From: Naegleria gruberi
Lineage: Eukaryota
Strand: one strand, 5' to 3'
Length of the DNA: 64,000 nt
Assembly: GCA_000004985.1 (NCBI GenBank)
Contig: GG738915.1
The notes beneath the pieces are model-generated. The model saw only the letters and a list, made by a program, of their open reading frames with translations, was not told where the DNA came from and searched no databases. The translations under genes and the position numbers were made by a program. The number at the start of each line of letters is the position of its first letter. The stretch's first letter is position 1. This document shows, piece after piece, positions 9,532 through 20,065 of this stretch.

Positions 9532-11513
9532 ATGAAAATAACGCTCGGTTTCAAACCAGGCGTTTTTAATGCTCTTGTTCAAGTGCCTGATCTTTTCAGT
9601 GTTATTCTTCAATATTTGGATTGTTCCTCATTGTTTGCCCTAACGATGGTGAATAAGAAATTATTTGGATTATTTGATGAGAGTAAAATTGATGAATTGG
9701 TTCAATCATCATCGGAAGAGGTGTTGAACGTTGTGACAATTGATCCTAATTTATGGTTGAATTTGGTTTCATACTATGAAGAAAGGTTGAGAAAATTAAA
9801 ATTGGAGTTTAATTCTAACGATTTGTAAGTTGGCTTATCAAGTAGTTGAATATTTACTTGTTTTCTAAAAGCTATCGATACTATCCAATGAACGTAAATT
9901 TTCAAGAATATATTGAGCTTGTGAAGCCAAAAACAACAGAGAAGGAAAATGTAAAAACTAGCAGTATTAGAGAAATACTTGAAATTATTGTTGACTGTAG
10001 GAAAAAATTGAAAAGGTTGTACTCTGATTGTTGGAAACAAAAGAAACCTGAAGAATATGGTGTTGAGTTTTCCAAGAGTGGAAGATCTAGTTGTAAAACT
10101 TGTTTTAAGCCAATTCCATACGGAGTTCTCAGAGGCTATCAGGACAACCACGAAAACTATTACAAAGCTCATGAATGTCACCATTTGACTTGCTTTTATA
10201 AAATACTATTGACTGAAAATGTACGTGAAGAAGATGTGAAATATGAAGAGGAGAAACAAAAAGCAGCCATTTCCAAGCTTTATGAGTTTATAGCAAAGGA
10301 GAAAAAATTAATACAGAAATCAAAGTGGCAATGCACCACTTGTGATGGATGTAATGTACTATTGAATGGAGATGCATACATGTCAGCAGAAAAAGGAAAG
10401 ATGGATCTATGTGCAAAGTGCTATGTCACTAACGATGAGCTGGTTTCTGGAAAAAGTGAGAAGGGGCCTTTTGTCCCTACCCCTCCTTTAAAACCTTTCC
10501 AAAAATGTAGATATTGTAAGGAACAGATCAAAAGGGTCTTATTTAATTGTCATCAATGTAATATTGGCTTTTGTGGAGAGTGTTTAAAATCCTTAAGGTG
10601 GTTTGATCACAAAAAACACTTTATTAATGTAATTGGAAATGCTCTTGATGATGAAATGAAATGTTTAACTGCTGACTTCAAACCTGAAGATGCTAAACCA
10701 TTACCAGTGAGTGCTTATGAAAGGTTTTCTGTTCTGGATTTGATGGAAGAATTTTTAGGAGAATCTAAAAGGGATGCAGGTCAACCAACTCCTTCTGAAA
10801 GATTCACAGCTACCCCCAACAAGAAAACAGATCTATCAGGGATAAAGTCACAAAAAACTGCAACAATTACAAAACCAAGTAATAACGAATCTAACCACTC
10901 TTCTAAAACCAACACTCAACCAAAGAAGCCAGAAAGTACAAAACCAACAACCGAAAAACAAGTTCAAAGCAACTTGAAACTCTCCAAATCGCAACAAGCT
11001 AGTTCCAAGACAATCCCTCAGAAGTCTTCTGTTCAACAAACTCTTTCATCAACAACTTCTAAAAAAAGAGTTTTAATTGAATTGAGCTCTGATGAAGAAT
11101 CAGAAGATGAAATCGATCTAAAGAAATTAGAGGCAACTACAGGATCTAATGAGATTCCAAAATTAAAACCTGAAGTAGTTATTGCCTCAAAAGTTGAACC
11201 AGCCAAGAAGAAATCAAAACAAGAGAAATCCAAGAAGAAAGAAAGCAAGGAAAAAACAAAAAAGAAAAAACCAAAGAAAGAAGAAAACAGTGATGAAGAG
11301 AATGACGAAATCTACCTTGTGGAAAAGCTGTTGGATAGAAAAATAGTGCATGGAAAGCCATACTATCTAGTAAAGTGGGAAGGTTATCCCAACTCAGATA
11401 ACTCGTGGGAACCAAACAACAATATTTCACCAGATCTAATTGAAGATTTTGAGGAGGAATTTGAGAAAAACAAGCCACGAGTAGCAAGCAAGACGAAGAA
11501 GAGAAAAATATAG
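9532..11513 (+). CDS. F-box + ZZ-type zinc fingers + C-terminal chromodomain protein; two exons (9532-9824, 9872-11513)
   Basis: aaaaaaaaATG at 9532. F-box-like VPDLFSVILQYLDCSSLFALTMVNKKLFGL. The upstream ORF ends in ttG|TAAGT (donor 9825). The AG at 9870-71 restores the frame into the long downstream ORF, giving a 47-nt intron. Downstream are C-x2-C...C-x2-C ZZ-like fingers (WQCTTCDGCNV...LCAKCY; CRYCKEQ...CHQCNIGFCGEC), a K/S-rich linker and a canonical chromodomain (EIYLVEKLLDRKIVHGKPYYLVKWEGYPNSDNSWEP). Confidence 0.65.
9825..9871 (+). other. predicted 47-nt spliceosomal intron (GTAAGT...TTTTCTAAAAG)
   Basis: Donor GTAAGT overlaps the in-frame TAA. The acceptor is phase-compatible. Only ~60 nt would otherwise separate the F-box ORF from the next ATG. 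Confidence 0.55.
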
Positions 11514-11726
11514 AGACACCATATTAAGAATAACACCAGGAACATTACAATTTGGAAGTTAAAACTCAGAAAATTTAACCATTACGAAATTAAATTTCAG
11601 GAATGCAGTATTACAAAAGAGTAACTTCAAATTATAGATAATGAAATATTTGAAAACACATACTGTAATTGTAACATGCGCATCAATCTCGAATGAACCC
11701 ACCATTATTGACATTTTACAAAAAAA

Positions 11727-12896
11727 ATGATTCTCTCCTTCCTTCATCTAATCACCTGGTTTACTTTTCGCACATTAGTTCTACTCTTCTCCATCTATCG
11801 TTTCATTATACAACTCTACAGAAAATATTACCATCATAGGGATGAGAAAAATCACCATGATGGAAAAGAAGCATCTAACGAAACAATATTATGGAACAAG
11901 TTGATGAAGGTTGGACTAAAAATTAATCATACTAGCGTGGCCAAGTTTAGAGAGGCTTCTAGAAAGCAAATACCTGTCTTGTATCCTAAATTGGAAGACA
12001 CTTTGTTTGGCTGTGCAACAAAAGTGGAAAAGATTGAAAAATTGAGAGATTCACATTGGATTACAATGAAAGGTTGTAAAGAAATGAAAAAAGTCATGCT
12101 CTTTATTCATGGAGGTGGCTTCATATCTGGCTCTTCTTTAGGACTTGATCTTCAATCAACAGTCTATGGTATTAAAGATTTCAATAAGAAACATAAGAAT
12201 AATGAAAATTTGATTAGCCATGTATTATCTGTTGAATACAGATTGGCAGAGGATCCTAAGTTCTACGAAACCATGGACAAGAGAACACTTACATCGAATC
12301 TCAGTGATCAATTAGAAGACTGCTTTGATTGTTTCAAATATTTAATTGAGGAAAAGAACGTACCAGCTAAGGATATTATAATTTCTGGTTTCTCTGCTGG
12401 TGCATGTCATTCTGCATTGTTGGTTTTGAAAAAATTGATGAACAGCCAGTCTTGGCCCCTTCATTCGGTTGCACTATTTTCAGCTCCTTGTGATTTATCA
12501 AATGCTGTAATTAAAGCTGACAAGTGGAAGGAAGAAAACGTTTTGATCTTGAATCAGGGACTTGTTAATTTGATTAATAGATGTATTCCAATTGAGGAAA
12601 AGAAGAATTATTCAATTCTTCAAACAATGTTGGAAATGGAGAAACAAGATGAATCATTTTATAACAAATTACTTCAAACCAAATGGGTAATCAACTATAG
12701 TAATCACGAAGAGCTAACCCCTGGAAATGAATACTTGTCTCAATTACTAGAATCTAAATCTCATCAAATTAATCCAAGACAAGTGGCTGTTGTTACAGAA
12801 AATCATCAAATGCATTGTTATCCAATTGCACAATATATATTATCTGAAGGAAACCGATCTATGGAAAAGGTATTGTTAGAGGCAATAAATCTCTAA
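11727..12896 (+). CDS. alpha/beta-hydrolase fold esterase/lipase (hormone-sensitive-lipase / arylacetamide-deacetylase-like), 389 aa
   Basis: caaaaaaaATG start. N-terminal hydrophobic anchor. HGGGF oxyanion-hole motif (LFIHGGGFISGS) and GxSxG nucleophile elbow (GFSAG). Confidence 0.75.
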   Translation: MILSFLHLITWFTFRTLVLLFSIYRFIIQLYRKYYHHRDEKNHHDGKEASNETILWNKLMKVGLKINHTSVAKFREASRKQIPVLYPKLEDTLFGCATKVEKIEKLRDSHWITMKGCKEMKKVMLFIHGGGFISGSSLGLDLQSTVYGIKDFNKKHKNNENLISHVLSVEYRLAEDPKFYETMDKRTLTSNLSDQLEDCFDCFKYLIEEKNVPAKDIIISGFSAGACHSALLVLKKLMNSQSWPLHSVALFSAPCDLSNAVIKADKWKEENVLILNQGLVNLINRCIPIEEKKNYSILQTMLEMEKQDESFYNKLLQTKWVINYSNHEELTPGNEYLSQLLESKSHQINPRQVAVVTENHQMHCYPIAQYILSEGNRSMEKVLLEAINL

Positions 12897-12979
12897 CTCT
12901 TTAGTCCAAAACAACATTATCTCCACAAGATTTTGACATTTACCACATCAAGATTGTAACTAACATTGAAAAAAACAGA

Positions 12980-14184
12980 ATGGTGGGATTGAATGGAACG
13001 AATACAACTATTGTAGCCGAAACATCTAGGGAAGAGTTTGGACCATTTCAGTACATGATTTTCGGGGTCAATATTCCCTTTCTGATAATATATTCAATTC
13101 TATTTAGTGCTACCTTGATTAGTTTGATATTTAGTGTAAAGAAACAAGATAAGACGAAACGGAAAACCTTCTACATCCTTATACTTGTTCTGTCCTTGCT
13201 GTTTGCAGTCATTTTGAATTTACTTACAAGAATTGGTTCCGAACTTTGCTATTTCGAAACTGATCCGGATAGACTTGAACGAATATATGGACTGGTAAAG
13301 GCTATTGACAGAACCATGATAGGATTTACAATGTCTATGGAACTTTTATTAATTGATTACATGTCTTTTCTATTGTAAGTACTTAGAATACTTTCCATTT
13401 TATGATGATTAGTTTGGAAACAACTTGGAAAGTGAGCCATTTCATCTAAGCATTTCAAAATTGCTAAGTTTATAACTTTTGGATTGGCTTTGGTTGTTTT
13501 GATTTGTTTAATGTTTCTTCTGAGTGGATTTTTAGTATTAGGAGGTTTCTTTTACGTTTATGGAAATCTTGGGATATTGAATACGATACTGACTTGTCTA
13601 TTTACTGCCTCTGCTATATTGGTAGGGGTTGCTTCCAGTATGCTCCTGATAAACACTCATGTAGGTTTCTAATTATTTAAAATTTGAACAAAATCAATTA
13701 GTATTGTGGGAAATTAATGCTGAAAACACTTGTTAATGGAAGAAAACAAGCCATGACACTTTCCTCATCTCCACCACAATTGAAAGAAAGTTATGATTTG
13801 AAAACAAGAGCCCTCAAGAAAGTGTGGAGTATCATTATTGTAGTTACACTAACTTCTGTTTTTCAGATTATTGGATTTATTTTCACTCCATTATCAATGG
13901 TGGATCATTTTATGATGAGTGGATTTCATATATGTTACAATATATCAATAATGGTCCTTGTAGTTCTGTATTTATATTTATATGGACCTGTGAAGGAATT
14001 TCAACAATTATTCGAAAAGAGAGATTCAAAAGATTTGACAACCATTGTGACTGCATTCGATTCAACAGGATCTGAACGGATTCAGAAAGGATTAACCTTA
14101 TCACATGTTTCGCCTGTGTCTCCTACCGATAGTGAAATAACCTCCAGGCAGGAATTGTTTCAGATAACAAATTCTAGGATATAA
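12980..14184 (+). CDS. seven-transmembrane (GPCR-like) receptor gene, ~3 exons, copy A
   Basis: ATG at 12980 (aaaaacagaATG). N-terminus carries N-glycosylation sites (NGT, NTT). Six to seven hydrophobic helices, short basic intracellular loops, a long K/R-rich third loop and a Ser/Thr-rich C-tail. Intron 13661-13701 (GTAGGT...TTAG, 41 nt) is phase-consistent and identical in copy B. Exon 1 ends in ttG|TAAGT (donor 13375). The phase-compatible acceptor is AG 13523-24 (150-nt intron). The AGs at 13450/13468 would give a cleaner 7TM topology but are 1 nt out of phase, so the first junction is uncertain. An alternative start is ATG 13511. Confidence 0.5.
13661..13701 (+). other. predicted 41-nt intron (GTAGGT...ATTAG) in the 7TM gene
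   Basis: Joins ..LLINTH to YCGKLMLKTLVNGRK.. Without splicing, two tiny ORFs 44 nt apart result. The sequence is identical in copy B (29827-29867). Confidence 0.5.
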
Positions 14185-14444
14185 CAAAATACTTTATTAA
14201 GACATGCTGAATAACTTTAAATCTGAATTATTATTAATATTAATATTCAATTCATTATGTTGCATAACAGTACTTTGCAACATTATGATGGAAACTTAAG
14301 TTGGAGCAGATTACAATAGTGGAATGATAAGACAAGATATCGTACTCAATACGTAAAGCTTCATAAATTAGAAAGGTGAAAATAGACTTCAATTCTTCCA
14401 CTATCCTTCTAATTATCCAATCACGACTTGAAAAAATCAAAAAA

Positions 14445-15631
14445 ATGAAAACACTCATCAAGGTACGATTTTTTCTTTTTCAAAATGATGATTAAATATT
14501 ATCTTTATGTCGGAATGGAAAATTCAAACTCTTATTTTCATAATTTTAATGTATTTAATATATTGATAGATTAAATATTTTCCTCCTGTCATTGTTGTCT
14601 TGACAGCAATTTCTCTCCTATTTTGTATAGTTTTGAGCTTGTTAACAGCACCAGATAGTGTTTCTAAACATTTGCCTGCCCTGAGTGAAACAGGAATATT
14701 TCCTCCGACAAAATATATTTTCACAGCATCCCTTGTGATACCATCCATATGTTTAATAGTTGGAGCAATTTTGCAATTTATTACAACAAAGGAAAAATTA
14801 ACCTCATTGGATCATCAACGACACACTTTAAATTATTGTAATGGATGTTTTAGAATGGGATGGTTGAGTATTGCATCCTGTATTTTTGCTTTGATTTCAG
14901 GATTTTGTTTACTTGGACTTGGAATTGTGCCAATTATGGGAGGAGAAGTTATTGATGATAGTTTACTTTCGAATTCTACTACCTCTACTACTGTATCTTT
15001 TATAACTAGTTCTACTAGTCAACAGTCAGCAGAATCAATTGAAATTCTTCCATATACCATCATTCACTTGATATTTACATTCTTCTTCATGTCAACTGTG
15101 TTTATTCACATGGTACTCAATACCATTTTCAATGTAGTAAGTGCAATTATAGTAATTATTTATTAAGCGGAATGCATCACCAATTCATTTAATATCCAGT
15201 TATATGATAAGAAAATTTCTCCAAAAAAGAAAATTCTCAATCCTTGGGTTATTGTAAAAATTGTCAGTTCATGCTCATTCTTGGTTGTGGGGCCAATCTT
15301 TAGTTTTATTATGGGAATTTTAGTTACAGTCACATGTTCTCAAACTGAGGTTATTAACAAGACTTGTCCACTCATGAATTTATTCCAATTATTCCTTGGA
15401 GCTCTATCTCAATACAGTATTGTTGCCTCAATTTTAGTTTTCATGCTCACTTACATGTATGATTTCAAAGATGCATCCATCAGTATTAATGCTGAAGATC
15501 CAAGAAATGATATTCAAGAGAGGTTATCAGGACTTTCCTTAGAAAAGGATTTTGAATTGGAAGAGGACGATCTTGGAGCAGGAGACACCAACAGATTACA
15601 CACTCTTGAGGATGAAGACGAATTTAATTAA
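14445..15631 (+). CDS. multi-pass membrane protein of unknown family, 3 exons (14445-14462, 14570-15136, 15200-15631), copy A
   Basis: Mini-exon ATGAAAACACTCATCAAG in aaaaaaATG context. 107-nt AT-rich intron GTACGA...TTGATAG, which carries a 10-bp indel in copy B. Exon 2 has no ATG for ~95 codons. GTAAGT at 15137, then AG 15198-99 (or 15228-29) continues the frame into exon 3. At least six TM helices, a Ser/Thr-rich extracellular loop (SNSTTSTTVSFITSSTSQQSAE) and an acidic C-tail. Confidence 0.5.
14463..14569 (+). other. predicted 107-nt intron
   Basis: GT...AG, ~80% AT, phase-consistent. Conserved with an indel in copy B (30726-30841). Confidence 0.55.
15137..15199 (+). other. predicted 63-nt intron (GTAAGT...ATCCAG); alternative acceptor 15228-29
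   Basis: The single in-frame TAA between two same-frame hydrophobic ORFs lies inside a GTAAGT-initiated segment. Confidence 0.45.
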
Positions 15632-16294
15632 GCAATTAATCATTCCATTAAAACGACAAGGAATTATGAAACTGGTTCATTAACATTTTTGGCAACTGAG
15701 AAGACATTATTGGCCACCATAATAATTGTAATCCTTTGTCATTTTAATGAAATTGATGACCAATAGTATGTTTCTATCTTGTTACTTACTAAATTTCCTT
15801 GTTTCTTGTCAATACCTTTCAAATAAAGAACGCAAACGTACAGATCTCATACTTCCAATTCGTTGTAACGTTCATCAGGTGAAGTGATGAACAAGAACAA
15901 CAACAAAATAATCGTTGCAATTACAATTTCAAAAAACAATCCTACACAACTCAACTGAAACCAATTCCTTTTTGATAATTTTATTATTATCACAACAACA
16001 TTAGATTCAGTAGTTTTTGAAGATAATACCTATCCTAAGGAATAGCATCATTCGTTTGAGCGCACAAAACTTCAACCAGTCCATCACTTCTTGTCCGTCT
16101 CACCAATATCTTACTCACCACCTTATCACACAAAATATCGTACTCGACAATACAATAATAACATCCGCACAATAGCAGCGGCTGTTCTTTAGGTGTATAT
16201 TAAAATATTCTTCCTTCATCATTTCTAACGGCCTGATTAACAACAAAACAACATACGAGACAAGTACATCAAGCAAAATTTATTTTAAAAAAAA

Positions 16295-18247
16295 ATGACG
16301 AGTCATCAAACAGGGCAGAGTTCGTCTTTTACGGTTCAGGCGGGCGGCTCATCCTCTTCTTCGACAGTAGTTCCTCCTTCGTCTTCATCATCATCGGGTA
16401 GTGCTGCTGATAGTAACAATAACAATTTGAAGGCAACTAGTGAAAATCATAAAAATGATGATGCCAAATCAACAACAAGTACAAATAGTAGTTTACATCA
16501 ACAACAACAACAACACAGCGAATTAAACATCTCTGGAAATAATTTAAATGTTTTGGTTACACCTGTAGCATTGGATGGAAAGTCTGAGCCATTATCTCCT
16601 ACAGCACACAGAAGAGCAACATCAATTTCATCAAATGGATATCCAGCAAATACACCAGCAACACCTGTCCATCCACAATTTACTTCTCATCCTGAAGATG
16701 ATAATGATTCTGATAATGGAAAATTAAAAGGAAAAAAGAACAAGAAGAAAAAGTGGCATGTCAATGCTATGGGTGAAATTGTTTACAAGGAACACAATTC
16801 ATATAATTTAATGCGTCAAATCCAAATGGGTATTAGATCTGCAATCAGTGAAATAACACCTAAAAAACAAAAAGATGTACTATTACTTAAGGATTTTACT
16901 AATATTAACAAAATGCCGTTTCCAGAAAAGGGATCAACAAGAACACCTCCACACGAATTCCCATTCTTTGATTTTTATGATTACTCACCATTTCCTTTTA
17001 GACATTTGAGAGAACGTTTTGGTATTGATGCTTCCAATTATCTTGTTTGTTTATGTCATGAACTGTCTCTCTCAATTCTTGGCACTCCTGGTAAGAGTGG
17101 TGCTCTCTTCTTTTTCTCTGCTGACATGCAATACATGTTAAAGACTGTAACAAAAAAGGAATCAAAATTCTTGAGAAAAATTTTGCCAGATTACTATAAC
17201 CATGTTATGGCCAATCCAAACACTCTCATTACTCGTTTTTATGGAATGTATAGTATAAAACCTCGAGGAGGTAAAAATGTAAGATTTATTGTCATGAACA
17301 ATGTGTTTGACACAACAATGTATGTTTCTGAGAGATACGATTTAAAGGGTTCAACTGTTGGACGAGAAGCATCAGAGAAAGAAAAAAAGAGAGAAACACC
17401 AATTTATAAGGATTTAGATTTTTTGAGGAGAAGTAGCAAGTTAAAAGTTGGACCTCAAATGAAGAATCTCATTATGAATCAACTTCAAGTTGATGCTACA
17501 TGGTTGGAAAAGATGAAGATCATGGACTATAGTTTACTAGTTGGTGTTCACAGATTGGATCCTGAATTGGATGCAGAAGTATTGAAAGAAGCTCAAAATT
17601 GTAATATCAAATTGTCAGATTCTGACATTCCTTCGGAAGCTTTTACTACTGTATTTAATCATGGCTCAAGTGTGGCTTCAAGTTCAATGACTTCTACATC
17701 ATACTTAAACGGAACCGATCAGGGAACAGGCGCTTCATCTTCTTTAAATACTACAAATCCAATTTCAGATCATCATGACCAAGTTGTAAATAGTACAGAT
17801 ATTGCCATTGAGGTTAGTGATGAATCTCATCCAACATTGAATGGTTCATCAAGCACCAAAACCATAGAAAATACACCATCAACACATCATCCAACAAGTA
17901 TGTCAACTACTACACAGGACAGCAGAAAGAGTAGTGAAAGCACCTCCTCATTCTTTGGAAGATTTATGAATCACAGACTGAGTGTTTCTTTGAAAAAACA
18001 CTACAGAGGTCCACGTGCCTCTCTATTCCAACAATTCCATGGTGGTACACTGTCACTTCCTTTAGAGGATGGTAGCCGTGAAATTTACTACTTTGGTATT
18101 ATTGATTTGTTACAAAAATGGAATAACAAGAAACAAATAGAAAATATTTTCAAGGGCCTTGTAGCTGACAGAAACCAAATTTCTGCAGTCTCACCAAAGA
18201 ATTATGCAATGAGATTTGTAAAATTCTTGGGAGATGGTTTACAATAA
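16295..18247 (+). CDS. phosphatidylinositol-4-phosphate 5-kinase (PIPK family, Mss4-like) with an S/Q-rich N-terminal extension, 650 aa
   Basis: aaaaaaaaATG start. PIPK catalytic-core motifs GKSGALFFFSADMQYMLKTV, RFYGMY, RFIVMNNVF, MDYSLLVGVH and the C-terminal IIDLLQ block. Confidence 0.85.
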   Translation: MTSHQTGQSSSFTVQAGGSSSSSTVVPPSSSSSSGSAADSNNNNLKATSENHKNDDAKSTTSTNSSLHQQQQQHSELNISGNNLNVLVTPVALDGKSEPLSPTAHRRATSISSNGYPANTPATPVHPQFTSHPEDDNDSDNGKLKGKKNKKKKWHVNAMGEIVYKEHNSYNLMRQIQMGIRSAISEITPKKQKDVLLLKDFTNINKMPFPEKGSTRTPPHEFPFFDFYDYSPFPFRHLRERFGIDASNYLVCLCHELSLSILGTPGKSGALFFFSADMQYMLKTVTKKESKFLRKILPDYYNHVMANPNTLITRFYGMYSIKPRGGKNVRFIVMNNVFDTTMYVSERYDLKGSTVGREASEKEKKRETPIYKDLDFLRRSSKLKVGPQMKNLIMNQLQVDATWLEKMKIMDYSLLVGVHRLDPELDAEVLKEAQNCNIKLSDSDIPSEAFTTVFNHGSSVASSSMTSTSYLNGTDQGTGASSSLNTTNPISDHHDQVVNSTDIAIEVSDESHPTLNGSSSTKTIENTPSTHHPTSMSTTTQDSRKSSESTSSFFGRFMNHRLSVSLKKHYRGPRASLFQQFHGGTLSLPLEDGSREIYYFGIIDLLQKWNNKKQIENIFKGLVADRNQISAVSPKNYAMRFVKFLGDGLQ

Positions 18248-18307
18248 TAAATTAATTTATTTTGAATTTCTTACAAATTGTTTATCTCATTCCTAAATGA
18301 AGTTGTT

Positions 18308-20065
18308 CTATTGTACAAGGCATTTACTACCGCTTGGTGTTGGCTTCTTTCCCAAGATATTCATCTTTGTAAATGGAGTCCTGGTTGTTGGACAACTTGC
18401 AATTAAAATATCACCATTTCCATCTCCTCCAATTAAAGCTTCATCATCCATTTCCAAACTCATTACTCCACTTGTAGGAATAAAGTTTACAACTTTCCAA
18501 GGACAGTTCTTAGTATCATTTCCAACCATCACTCCAGATTTGATAAATTTATCAATTTGTGGTGCTTCAGCAAGTTTTGAACCATTCAATGATTGAGCAA
18601 ATTCATCTGTTGTCATAACGACAACTCCAAGCTTGGATCCAACCACAATCTTTTGACCATCAAATTGTAATCCTCTAATAGCTCCCAATCTGAAAACATC
18701 CATATCATATAATATAGAAGGATCTGGATTTTCCTCTTTTGATGAAGAAGATGAAGAAACTTTTCTATAGTCAATAATTTGAATAAATCCTCTATCAGAT
18801 CCAGCTAGGAATAGATATTTTCCTGCCGATGGATCAAAGCATGAAGCATTGACTTCATAGAGATATGCATCAGTAAATACCTCTCCCACAACATTGGAAG
18901 ATCTTGTATCGAAAATCTTGATATACTTATCTGCAGAGGCAGTAAGAAAGAGATCTGAATATCTTCCAGATGGATTACAATCGACATCATAGATTGCACT
19001 CTTGTGAGTGGAAACACCATTCTTATCACAAATCAAAGTTTTCACTTCTTTCATAGTGGAAGCATCGAATATTTTGGCCACACCATCAGCTCCACCAGTT
19101 ACAAAGCTACTTTCATTAATAATTCTCAAATTCCATATACCATTCTTGTGATTGTGGGGAACACGTCCGATATTCTTCATAATTTCCCCATCCTCAGCCT
19201 CTGGATCATAGGAACCATAATTCAATATATTGGAAAATCCTCCAGTCACTAGAAAGTTTGGAATTCTATGTTGTTGAGTATCAATGCACCACAGCAAACT
19301 TCTCTCTTCATAAGTTTCCTTCCATTCATATTTATATTCTACATTGCTTACATATTGAGTTTCATCATCAAATGCAGCTTTTCCATTCACTTCAATATCA
19401 TAAAAATTAACACTGTGAGAACAGGTCATTAAATGAATCTTGTTATGATCACTGGTCGATCTTAGGAATGTCAGATAATTAATTCCAACACCAGGATCTG
19501 GTAATTCAGGTTTCTTCTCACAAGAAGCAAATGTCTTTTTATGATTGATAAAGAAATCATTTTCCATTTGATTTTCCTCTCCTTCTCTATATCCTCTAAA
19601 TTTATACCATCCCTTATAGAGTGTCAAATGTTCATATTTGAAAATTTCATAGAGTGAATGCGCATTTGTATTCTCAAAAACTCGACGTCTTACTATACTT
19701 TTTTGTGAGGGAGGAATTTCAAGGTGGGTTTTTTCATCATTTGTTGAAGATGAATTATTTTCATTTCTAATAAATTGTTTCCACAATGCATCATTCCTCG
19801 ATGTATACAAAAAGGTTGAATTTACCAATGAAATATTTAAAATAATTTCCCTATATTCAAGGAATGAAAATATGAGAATTAAAACATCTTCGGGAACATC
19901 AGTTACATGATCCAATGAAGAATCACCCAATTTAAATGGTCCTATTTCATCTACATTATTAGTAGAAACTACTCTTTCCGAAACATCATTTAAAACATTT
20001 TCATTTGGTTGATCATCAACATCTTCATCAACATGAGAGGATGAACCTGTTGGTTGTTGAAGCAT
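18308..20065 (-). CDS. F-box / WD40-repeat protein, 585 aa
   Basis: Reverse-strand aaaaaaaATG. F-box DVLILIFSFLEYREIILNISLVNSTFLYTSRNDALWKQF. WD-like repeats (GGADGVAKIFD, TASADKYIKIFD). Confidence 0.7.
   Translation of the reverse strand: MLQQPTGSSSHVDEDVDDQPNENVLNDVSERVVSTNNVDEIGPFKLGDSSLDHVTDVPEDVLILIFSFLEYREIILNISLVNSTFLYTSRNDALWKQFIRNENNSSSTNDEKTHLEIPPSQKSIVRRRVFENTNAHSLYEIFKYEHLTLYKGWYKFRGYREGEENQMENDFFINHKKTFASCEKKPELPDPGVGINYLTFLRSTSDHNKIHLMTCSHSVNFYDIEVNGKAAFDDETQYVSNVEYKYEWKETYEERSLLWCIDTQQHRIPNFLVTGGFSNILNYGSYDPEAEDGEIMKNIGRVPHNHKNGIWNLRIINESSFVTGGADGVAKIFDASTMKEVKTLICDKNGVSTHKSAIYDVDCNPSGRYSDLFLTASADKYIKIFDTRSSNVVGEVFTDAYLYEVNASCFDPSAGKYLFLAGSDRGFIQIIDYRKVSSSSSSKEENPDPSILYDMDVFRLGAIRGLQFDGQKIVVGSKLGVVVMTTDEFAQSLNGSKLAEAPQIDKFIKSGVMVGNDTKNCPWKVVNFIPTSGVMSLEMDDEALIGGDGNGDILIASCPTTRTPFTKMNILGKKPTPSGSKCLVQ

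Larger units (their letters stand above)
13516..14995. repeat. segmental duplicate, copy A (~1.48 kb; true left boundary unknown because copy B starts at a gap)
   Basis: Aligns base-for-base with 29682-31267. Coding parts are ~99% identical. The intergenic part carries a 19-bp versus ~113-bp indel and several small indels. Confidence 0.9.

Noticed and set aside
13375-13468. A 75- or 93-nt first intron in the 7TM gene (acceptors at 13450 or 13468)
   Set aside because: Careful indexing puts GTAAGT at 13375, so these acceptors are 1 nt out of phase. They are kept only as an alternative in case of a base error. The in-phase acceptor is AG 13523-24.
955-19252. Numerous 60-140-aa antisense ORFs inside long genes (e.g. 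955-1158, 2651-3067, 9774-10184, 18297-18596, 19004-19252, 24592-24870, 25401-25716)
   Set aside because: They overlap far longer sense-strand ORFs that have domain content. Such ORFs are expected by chance in AT-rich coding DNA.
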